A stretch of 39,281 nt of DNA, taken from positions 1 through 39,281 of the forward strand of contig JARQWU010000070.1 in the NCBI GenBank assembly GCA_040182905.1, given 5' to 3'. A program made the position numbers and the translations under genes. This DNA is from Barthelona sp. PAP020. Its lineage: Eukaryota. The number at the start of each line of letters is the position of its first letter. Position 1 is the stretch's first letter. Positions 31,696 through 39,281 of this stretch are shown in pieces. Under the pieces are notes generated by a model. It was not told where the DNA came from and searched no databases. It saw nothing but the letters and a program-made list of their open reading frames with translations.

Positions 31696-31844
31696 TTCAC
31701 GTTAGGTACAAGAAAAGGTATACGAAAGCTTTTATATACGGTGTGTTATTGAAATGAGTAGTTGGGAAAGCCTTGAATTTGAATCCTGGCTGTTTGAAAT
31801 GACTTAGTTCTGATTGAAAGATTGGACGATATTGAATCCCTAAA
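31696..31844. repeat. 149-bp tRNA-associated element, copy 1
   Basis: 148/149 identical to 39004-39152, in the same orientation relative to the upstream tRNA. Confidence 0.95.
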
Positions 31845-32059
31845 AGAAAAAGAAATGACTTCAATAACTTTGGATAGAAAATTTGATTAAGGAAATTCAG
31901 ACAATGGTTGAAAATTTTGGGAAAATTTCTTTTGTAATCTTTCAAGATTCTTTATTAGCCAGTAACATTAGATTCTTATTTGTCTTAAGCTCAACTAGTT
32001 GTTTTATTATTTGATAAATTCTGAAATACGAGAAATTTTGCTTGATTCAAATTCTGGCG

Positions 32060-32220
32060 CATTTCTTCACGCTTTTCTTTTTCCCTCCTTGTGAAATGCC
32101 CACTACGCTACACAATTTTATGTGTGGATGGTTCATAAAACTCAAAAAGAAATGCTTGAGGTTTTCATTTTTGATACATAAACACATTTGCATTGTCTTT
32201 TACATGAAATCTCTCCGTTT
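32060..32220. repeat. Internally deleted copy of the repeat at 50-500
   Basis: Three collinear match blocks that are adjacent here but separated by ~30 and ~170 bp in the copy at the window start. Confidence 0.7.
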
Positions 32221-32497
32221 TTCTGCAAATACATCTAAAAATATTGGAACTTTTCAGTTTTAATCCGCTTATATCGAAACACAAAACTACAAAAACCAAC
32301 AACACATTTTTTGTACTATTTTATGTGGAATTTGTTTGTTTCTGCATAAAGAATTTTCAACAAAGCAAAGAGATGATAATTCCCCACTAATAATAAACGT
32401 TACATTTTCAAAACATATTTACACAAAAAATTCAATATTTAACATTTATTCTTTCAAAAATATTTTAAAAGTATCAAGCAAACAAACTATTAACCAT

Positions 32498-33325
32498 TCA
32501 AAACGATGAACTCTGCGAAAACAACAATCTTTTTTTGCATTGGGGACAATTTGGCTCCATAAATTCATCGCAAATAATACAACAACAGTTGGTACAAACT
32601 CTTGATTTTGAAACCAGATTACCATGACACAAACAAGGCGGTTGTGCAATGCATTCTGAAACTACAGTGATAGGACAAGTCGTTCCCTCTGTTTCAGGCA
32701 AAAAATGAATCAACATATCTCCCAAATTATGATCAAACATGTGCAACAATTCCCCATTACACAAAGAAACTCCTCTTGCTAAAACATTTTCGGTTATTAC
32801 TTTTAACTGTTGTTGAAGTAAAACATTACATTTTAAGCCACTTCTATAACATAATTCAAAAGCATTTAACAGTGACAAATACTGGTTTTTGTGGATATTG
32901 GTTGTGTGAAAAATGGTACAATATGACTCAACTTTAGGGTTGTTGATTGCATATCTCATTTTCAAAATGCATGCCATATGCAAAGCAGCATCCAAAGAAC
33001 TATAATTTATATCCAGTTCAGCGTTTATTTGGGCAAATTCATTTTCAACATTAAGTCTAAAATTTGAAAAAAAAGTATCAGCGGGAAAAGAGAGATTTTG
33101 CTTTTTTAAATCTTTATCAAAAGATTTACTCAAAATTTTTATATCATTTGAAGTGTAACCAATAAGAATAATCTGATAATTTGGGTAAAAATTGTAAAAA
33201 ATGGAAATGAATGAAAAAAATTCATTCAAGGATTCTCTTAATCTTTCATCTGTCTTAGAAAAATAAATAATATTAATATCTATTAGAAATATATGGGCAG
33301 GAAAGGAAATATTTGATTTTGTCAT
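32498..33325 (-). CDS. TFB4: TFIIH subunit p34/Tfb4
   Basis: vWA-like N-terminus with SSLDAALHMA and QYLSLLNAFE, plus C-terminal zinc finger CLCH...VCTNCCCIIC...CPQC. Confidence 0.85.
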   Translation of the reverse strand: MTKSNISFPAHIFLIDINIIYFSKTDERLRESLNEFFSFISIFYNFYPNYQIILIGYTSNDIKILSKSFDKDLKKQNLSFPADTFFSNFRLNVENEFAQINAELDINYSSLDAALHMACILKMRYAINNPKVESYCTIFHTTNIHKNQYLSLLNAFELCYRSGLKCNVLLQQQLKVITENVLARGVSLCNGELLHMFDHNLGDMLIHFLPETEGTTCPITVVSECIAQPPCLCHGNLVSKSRVCTNCCCIICDEFMEPNCPQCKKRLLFSQSSSF

Positions 33326-33515
33326 GTTTTTCGATGTTAATAAAAAAAATTAAGAAAAATTATCTCAAAGATCAGCAAATATTATATTATCAATTAAAGG
33401 AAGTTATAATTTTCGTTTTTTTTTTTTTAAAAAAAGTATTTCTCGTTGAAAAAGAAGTGAATATAAAAAAAAAATTTTTATCCGTTCATTTTTCTTTTTT
33501 CTTTTGAAATTTCAA

Positions 33516-34736
33516 ATGTCTCATGAAACACAACCACTTGTGAACATCGATCCAAGTGATGTTCTTCTTGATGAAAAAGAGAAAACTAATCCCAATGAAG
33601 TTTACCCTTCTGCTATGGTTTTTACTATGACTATGTTTGCTGGTTATGCATCCCTTTTTGCTTTACAAGGGAAATTATTGGATTTCATTCACAAAGGAGA
33701 TCCTTTATATGTTCATGGTGATTCTGATGTACTTTTTGGTGTTGGAACTTCATTTTTATATTTAGGTAATTTAATTTTTAGATTAGGACATAATGTTTTC
33801 TTCTTTTTTTTGACACCTCGTGAAAGAATTTTTCTTTCTATGTGGGCAATGTTTTTTGCAGAAGTTGTTTTAGTTTATGGATTTATTACCCTTGAAAAAG
33901 GAGCTTATTGGATGGTCTTTTTGGCTTATGGACTTGGTGGATTAGGTATTGGTTGTTTTGAATCAAATATGATTAATATTTGCACGCCTTTAGGTCCTAA
34001 AACTAAGAAATGGGCTGTTTCTGGTATTCCACCAGGAGTCAGTCTTCTTACTGTTGGTTCTTTCGTAGCTATGGTTGCTTTTCCCTCATTAGATGAACAT
34101 GTTGAATACATATATGCCTCAATTGGTGTTCTTATTCTTTTCGGTATGTTTTGCGTGAAATTTAGAATGCCTAATAGAGAAGTTAAAGGACAAGGAATAT
34201 CTTTGACTGACATGAGGAATTATTTAGATGAAATAAAGGACTGGATTGGTCCTGTCCTTCCTTATGCTGTTGCTATGATGTTTAATATGTTCTGTGTTTC
34301 ATTCTTTAGCCCTGGTATTGTGTTATATATCTTTGGTGATAGACCTGTGTTGTTAGATTACGGTATTTTCAGTTTTACTTTATCTCACAATGCTTTTGTG
34401 GCTATTTATAATATCCTTTTCTTTTTAGGAGATTTCTTTTCACGTAGAGTCTTTTTTGACCTTGGAAGACATTCTCCCTTTATTCATTTAATTATTTCTA
34501 CTTTTGGTATCATTTGTGGTTTATCACAATTTGGCGCAATCACTTTATTCTGTGCTTTTGCTGTAGCTTGGGCTAATGGTACCATTTATTGTCAATCTAC
34601 CCGAGAAATAGATGAAAAAGTCCATTCCAAATATAATTTGATTGCCACTTCAATGTTCTTCTTTATTGGAGATTGTGGATCTGTTGTTGGATCTAATTTA
34701 ATCCAAATTGTCAAAAGAAACTTTTTCAGTGGTTAA
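33516..34736 (+). CDS. CLN3/battenin-like MFS-fold membrane protein
   Basis: About 10-11 TM helices, YGLGGLGIGCFESN, and C-terminal YNLIATSMFFFIGDCGSVVGSN resembling the CLN3/Btn1 last helix. Confidence 0.7.
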   Translation: MSHETQPLVNIDPSDVLLDEKEKTNPNEVYPSAMVFTMTMFAGYASLFALQGKLLDFIHKGDPLYVHGDSDVLFGVGTSFLYLGNLIFRLGHNVFFFFLTPRERIFLSMWAMFFAEVVLVYGFITLEKGAYWMVFLAYGLGGLGIGCFESNMINICTPLGPKTKKWAVSGIPPGVSLLTVGSFVAMVAFPSLDEHVEYIYASIGVLILFGMFCVKFRMPNREVKGQGISLTDMRNYLDEIKDWIGPVLPYAVAMMFNMFCVSFFSPGIVLYIFGDRPVLLDYGIFSFTLSHNAFVAIYNILFFLGDFFSRRVFFDLGRHSPFIHLIISTFGIICGLSQFGAITLFCAFAVAWANGTIYCQSTREIDEKVHSKYNLIATSMFFFIGDCGSVVGSNLIQIVKRNFFSG

Positions 34737-35178
34737 TTTTAACATTTTATTTGTGAATATTATTTATAAATTTATTATTTATTTTTCTTTCAATTTTTTG
34801 ATTCCATTGGGCTAATTAGAACTTCAAACACTTTGTCTATAATTTCACATAAAGAAAATCGAAAGAAGAAGACTTAAATTAGAAGCGAAACCAGAAATTT
34901 CATTGATTTTCTTGACACCGAATTTTTGGTACATATTCTTTCACGAAAAGACAGAAATAACAAATAATTTTGGCTAAAAATGCACTTGAATTTATCTTTC
35001 AAATTTGTTCTCTTTTTAAACAAGAAAAATTAATAAATATTTATCTCATATGATTGAATTAATTAATTATATATTTTTAAAAAGAATCCTATTTCTCTTT
35101 GTGTCTTACTTTTAAATTTTTATATATTTTTAAATTATTTGGTCCAGTTGTAAAACTATTATATTTATTTACAAAGAA

Positions 35179-35686
35179 AATAAACTCAGAAAACTCATTT
35201 CCTCAAATCTCTACGTGGAAAATGTGTGGCTGTAATTGGATCTTGCTCATTAAGTGTGAAAATTTTAAAGTTTAAACTTTACTTAAAAGAATTTGAAGTT
35301 TTTCAGCAAATTAATAGAGTTTCAAAAATTCTTTTTCAAATAGACATTATTCTTTTTTATTTACTTGTATGGACAATCACAGTGCTTCTTTTTGAATCCA
35401 TGTGAGTTATCTCCAGGCCAAGAAGCACTGTGCGTATGAGTGAATAAAAAAGAACAGTGTTCATTTGATTAATGGCTTTCGAGGCCGATTGATCTGTTGA
35501 AGAACTTTAGATTTTCTAAAGTAAAGTTTAAACTTTAAAATTTTGCTTTGCAATAATACAAAAAAATATGAATGAAGAATTTCTCCAAAAATCTCCTGCT
35601 TGATCGTTCCAATTACATTTTAGTCCCTCAATTCCCCTCCTGGGATATTGACTGAAATTTGCTAGACAAAGTTTTCTGAGTTTATT
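35179..35686. repeat. ~500-bp imperfect inverted repeat (foldback)
   Basis: Nested perfect inverted pairs 35179-35195/35670-35686, 35231-35240/35608-35617, 35259-35284/35519-35544 and 35378-35390/35420-35432, with a 29-nt central loop. Confidence 0.92.
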
Positions 35687-35955
35687 AGATATTAATGAGG
35701 TATGAGTTGTTCAGTGAACAACGAAACAAGTTAGCTTATGGTTTGGGAAAAACTCATGTTGATTCAGATGCCCAAGTAACTTAAAAAATTGGACCTAAAG
35801 GGGATCAAGAAACAACAAATAACAGAAGCGATATTTGATGACCTCTTTATATCTCCAATAAATTCCGTTCATTAAGCATAAACTTCTACATTACCTCAGA
35901 AAATCAAAAGTTCTTCAACAGATCAATGGGACCTCCAAAGCCTTTAACCAAATAA
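35687..35955. repeat. Left arm of long inverted repeat flanking the kinase fragment and WD40 gene
   Basis: Reverse complement of ~38435-38645 (44-bp perfect match 35830-35873/38452-38495). 35898-35955 matches 35465-35517 and ~38205-38265 in inverted orientation. Confidence 0.9.
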
Positions 35956-35981
35956 GTACGCAGGTCCCGGGACCTGGTCTT

Positions 35982-36256
35982 GATTCTTGGTCATTTGGAA
36001 GTGTTTATTTTGAAGTTATAACAGGAGATATTCCTTTCAAAGAAACTCAAGACGGGGTGGTTAGTACTGTAATGGTTATCATTATGATGAAGTTAAGAAA
36101 GTTGATGGATATGATTTCAATTTCATGTTCTCATGTTTTCATCCCGAAGCTAAAGAGAGACCAACAATGTCAGAAATTGTTGAGTTTTTAATGATGTTGA
36201 TCGTCAATTGCACAAATAATCCTCAAGCTGATGTTCAAACTGATGTTCAACGTTAA
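35982..36256 (+). pseudogene. Protein kinase C-lobe fragment (subdomains IX-XI), frameshifted
   Basis: DSWSFGSVYFEVITGDIPF in one frame and SCFHPEAKERPTMSEIVEFL...TAA in another. No upstream HRD/DFG/APE, because the upstream DNA is repeat sequence. Confidence 0.85.
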
Positions 36257-36850
36257 AATTTTCTTTCAATTACTGATCCAAACAAGTGATCACTATTTTA
36301 ATTGCTTTGTAACAACTATGTTTTGTGTTCTCCCAATGTTGCGGAATTTGTAAATTTTGTTGTTTATTTTTATTTGTTCGAAACGTCTTCCATAACTTTT
36401 CAAACTTGGATCGCTTCAAGGGCCATCTAGAGAAGAGAGCTGACCTATACTATGTGCGAAATCATTACCATAATAGTTGTTCAAAAGAGCAACAAGGCTT
36501 TGCTCTTGACATTTATCTTAAGATTCCTGCTAAAGGAAAATAGAAAGAACAGTAAATTTTGATAGCTTTGTGAACTTTATTGTCTTTTCTTTTTTCAAAC
36601 ATGATGTTTGTTTTTTTTGACCAAAAAACATGGTGAATATAAATAAAGAAATAAAAATAAAATTGTGTTAATTTGAAAAAGAGCTATTGACAAGTTGAAG
36701 CTTGATTTTTTTCTAAATCAACAACTCCATCATATTTATCATTTAAATTTTTCAAACACATTATTTGCCTTATTTTCTTTTGCATACTGCTATCCAAGTT
36801 TCTTCAATCAACAAAAAATCCGAAACATTCAAAAAGAAATTTTTCTTTTC

Positions 36851-38068
36851 ATGTTACTTTTGCAATCAACAGAAGAATTGACAAAAAAAGTTATCCATGA
36901 AACAAACAATTGGCAAATTATTGAAAATGATTCAATTAAAATTAAAGCTGATATCTCAAGTTTTATGACATGCTGTGAATATTCACCAGATGGAAAATAT
37001 TTAGCTGTTGGTTGTAATGATGGAGATGTTTACATCATAGATTCAGAGAATGGAAACCTGATTCAAACTTTAGATACCCATTCATACAAAGTTTGTGCTG
37101 TTTGTGCTGTTGCTTTTTCACCTGATGGACAAATGCTTGCAACTTGTGCCGAAGACTGTTTTCTTGCAATTTATTCCCTTGAGGATTACACCATTTCCCA
37201 TTTTTTTAACTATAGTTCTGTTGTTTTTGATATTTGCTTTTCTCATTGCAGTAATTATCTATATTTTCAGGAGATGGAGGGGGTTCTAACTAAATTGAAT
37301 TTGCATAACTATGAGATGGTCCTTAGTGAAGGAGTTGAAGATAGAGCTGTTTGGAAATTGAAACTGTCTCCAGATGGGCGGTATATTTTAACTTCCAATT
37401 GTGCAACAGCTAAATTAATTCTTGCAAATGATTTCTCTGTTGTACACATCTTCGATCATGACGGTTACATCAGTGTTGTTGACTTCCATCCAACACAAAA
37501 AATTGTAGCTGTTGGGGATGATGCACAGTGCATAAAACTCTATAATACAGAAGATGGATCTCTGGTTCGCTCATTTTATGCTAGTGGTGGCTATCTAAAT
37601 TGTATTAAATTTTTATCACCTTATATCATGCTTGTTATGACTACTGATCACTGTTTAACTGCATACAATTTGGATAGTCTTGAAAAGATTCACAGAATTC
37701 AGTGTTATAGCAAAAGCTCAACGAAAACATTTACGATTTCACCTCAATCAACTCAATTAGCCTGTGAGAATCAATATGATGGAAGCATTGAATTATATGC
37801 AATTATGCGTATTTTTGAAACCCTAAATCTTTCTGGACTCATTGAATTGTCGAAGAATCACAGTGGTGTGCTATTGACTCTTATTTCCATGAAGGAGGAT
37901 TTTAAATTAATCAGACAATTAGTAAGTGGTGGAATTTGCATGAATGAGGAGGAGTTTGAAAACATAATTAACATCTGCTGGGATTTAATTACTGTTAATG
38001 AAGCTAATGGTGGTAATATGCAAGAATTTGTGGAAAAGGGAATTGACATTAGCACTGATGATGACTGA
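36851..38068 (+). CDS. WD40-repeat protein with conserved unrecognised C-terminal domain (paralog of 734-1936)
   Basis: 405 aa from ATG 36851. YSPDGKYLAVG, FSPDGQMLATC and HDGYISVVDFHP are collinear with the 734-1936 product over most of its length. Confidence 0.9.
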   Translation: MLLLQSTEELTKKVIHETNNWQIIENDSIKIKADISSFMTCCEYSPDGKYLAVGCNDGDVYIIDSENGNLIQTLDTHSYKVCAVCAVAFSPDGQMLATCAEDCFLAIYSLEDYTISHFFNYSSVVFDICFSHCSNYLYFQEMEGVLTKLNLHNYEMVLSEGVEDRAVWKLKLSPDGRYILTSNCATAKLILANDFSVVHIFDHDGYISVVDFHPTQKIVAVGDDAQCIKLYNTEDGSLVRSFYASGGYLNCIKFLSPYIMLVMTTDHCLTAYNLDSLEKIHRIQCYSKSSTKTFTISPQSTQLACENQYDGSIELYAIMRIFETLNLSGLIELSKNHSGVLLTLISMKEDFKLIRQLVSGGICMNEEEFENIINICWDLITVNEANGGNMQEFVEKGIDISTDDD

Positions 38069-38199
38069 AAAAATCGACACATTCACTCACAAAAGTAACA
38101 GCTACAAAATTAACAGACTGGAAGACATCAAATTGACATTGTCACAACATGGTCCAATACTACTTCTTATACTTCAGGTGTGGAAAACTTTGGACAATT

Positions 38200-38663
38200 G
38201 TATTTATTTGATTAAAGGCTGTTAACGCCCAATTCATTGGGATTAAAAACTTCAGATTTTCCAAAGTAAAGTTAAAATTGATATTTTATTTTTGCCAATT
38301 AATAAAAGAATAGGAATAAAAAATTTTCATATTAGATCACTCATTTAATTTCATAAATTTAAAAGACTTTTATTTTTTTTTGTTAACTCATCACGTTGGG
38401 GTTTGGTATAGTTAGAACTTTTCGATGACGAAGATGTGGAAGTTCATGCTCAATGAACGGAATTTATTGGAGATATAAAGAGGTCATCAAATATCACTTC
38501 CTTTATTTGTTGTTTCTTGACCACCTTTAGGTCCAATTTTTTAAGTTACTTGGGCATTTGAATCCACGTGAGTTTTTCCTAAACCTTAAGCCCTTAGCTA
38601 ATTTGTTTCGTAGTTCACTAAACAACTTATACCTCATAAATATTTAATTATTTTGTAATTGGA
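38200..38663. repeat. Right arm of long inverted repeat / modules shared with 35179-35955
   Basis: ~38205-38300 is a diverged direct match to ~35463-35560, ~38435-38645 is an inverted match to 35687-35890, and TGTAATTGGA recurs at 38654-38663. Confidence 0.85.
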
Positions 38664-38798
38664 TTAATTGTTTAATTCCATTTTAATAAATAATTCGTTT
38701 AAATTAACATTCTTAATTGTCACATTATTATTATTTTGAAAGAAATCTTTTTTAAAAAGACTTATTTTAAGTATATTATAAAATCTTTGTTTTCACCA

Positions 38799-38869
38799 GC
38801 TTCGTTGGTTTAATGGTAGAATGCGACGTTGCCATCGTTGCGACCCGGGTTCGATTCCCGGACGAAGCA
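38799..38869 (+). tRNA. tRNA-Gly (GCC)
   Basis: Acceptor GCTTCGT/ACGAAGC, anticodon arm CGACG-TTGCCAT-CGTTG, T arm CCGGG-TTCGATT-CCCGG, followed by TTTT. Confidence 0.97.
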
Positions 38870-38896
38870 AATTTTAGCTAAAAAGAACAATGAAAT

Positions 38897-38910
38897 GAGG
38901 ATCGAGTCTG
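38897..38910 (+). promoter_or_regulatory. Putative external B-box-like motif GAGGATCGAGTCTG
   Basis: Identical to 31586-31599, and 27 nt after the tRNA end. Confidence 0.6.
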
Positions 38911-38914
38911 TGAA

Positions 38915-39003
38915 TTCACGTTAGAAGAAAGGGCAAAATTAAAGGCTTTAATTTATATTTACTAACTGGGGTTGGGGAAATTACTCCATGGTTTTCAACA
39001 ATT
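38915..39003. repeat. Short diverged relative of the 149-bp element
   Basis: Same TTCACGTTAG start, then AAGAAAGGG..AAAGGCTTTAATTTATA..GTTGGGGAAA vs AAGAAAAGG..AAAGCTTTTATATA..GTTGGGAAAG. Confidence 0.6.
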
Positions 39004-39152
39004 TTCACGTTAGGTACAAGAAAAGGTATACGAAAGCTTTTATATACGGTGTGTTATTGAAATGAGTAGTTGGGAAAGCCTTGAATTTGAATGCTGGCTG
39101 TTTGAAATGACTTAGTTCTGATTGAAAGATTGGACGATATTGAATCCCTAAA
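39004..39152. repeat. 149-bp tRNA-associated element, copy 2
   Basis: 148/149 identical to 31696-31844. The single difference is GAATCCTGG vs GAATGCTGG. Confidence 0.95.
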
Positions 39153-39281
39153 TTCACTCGACAAAATAATAAACATTGGATAAAAGCTTTTACTGTTCAA
39201 GGTTAGAGTTTGGGTTACTTGTCACTGGTCTGTTGTGCGTAGATTGGTTCAGAACTCTCCTATAAAAAAAAAAAGGAAGGT

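Noticed and set aside
31745..31820. Box C/D snoRNA co-transcribed with the tRNA
   Set aside because: CTGA is present but there is no proper RTGATGA C box or terminal stem, and Pol III T-runs lie between the tRNA and the element.
31697..31945. 82-aa minus-strand ORF ending in the 149-bp element
   Set aside because: It has a non-ATG start, crosses the repeat boundary, is not conserved at the protein level in the diverged unit at 38915, and has no recognisable motif.
31841..32200. Minus-strand frame of ~120 codons interrupted only by TGA, including a zinc-knuckle-like CLCIKNENLKHFFLSF (possible TGA=Trp or LINE remnant)
   Set aside because: The motif spans deletion junctions relative to the longer copy at 50-500, where it is absent, and the last Cys is missing. 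TGA is a normal stop in neighbouring genes (kinesin, DRC1, WD40).
35765..35880. LRR-like translation LKKLDLKGIKKQQITE within the inverted-repeat arm
   Set aside because: It is flanked by stops in both copies and is a single short match, so it cannot be supported.
37091..37111. 9-bp tandem duplication giving VCAVCAV in the WD40 gene
   Set aside because: An ordinary in-frame slippage event with no wider pattern.
672..38225. Numerous short antisense or overlapping ORFs in the track (e.g. 672-968, 12900-13208, 18970-19311, 30260-30577, 31437-31658, 37858-38082)
   Set aside because: They are shadows of real genes or overlap a tRNA, mostly have non-ATG starts, and show no motifs.
38911..39160. 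CRISPR- or integron-like array (GTTAGGT matches GTTRRRY)
   Set aside because: The shared word is only 10 nt, spacing is irregular, there is no attC-type inverse core, no cas or integrase gene, and the context is eukaryotic.

Overview
AT-rich, gene-dense nuclear DNA from a flagellated microbial eukaryote using the standard genetic code. Four tiny spliceosomal introns (35-39 nt, GTA...CTAAY-N6-8 ending in TAG) resemble the fused branch/acceptor style of metamonad-like protists, but the taxon cannot be fixed from sequence alone. The core (2.1-34.7 kb) holds housekeeping genes: ankyrin-DHHC palmitoyltransferase, kinesin-2, GH31 alpha-glucosidase, EMC1, DRC1, RPL19, clathrin heavy chain, a profilin, an At4g15545-like protein, ARPC1, TFB4 and a CLN3-like transporter. 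It also holds an unusual bacterial-style receptor (solute-binding domain, TM, PAS-like region, HATPase) whose phosphoacceptor His is replaced by Tyr. The most unusual structure is non-coding. Two unrelated tRNA genes (Glu-TTC, Gly-GCC) each carry the same 14-nt B-box-like motif 27-28 nt downstream and the same 149-bp element (148/149 identical) further downstream. At the Gly locus, units sharing a TTCACGTTAG end are stacked, suggesting a tRNA-gene-targeted mobile or cassette system. Repeat-rich islands at both ends each contain one member of a WD40 family with a conserved, unrecognised C-terminal domain. The right-hand copy lies with a kinase fragment between long inverted repeats, next to a ~500-bp foldback.
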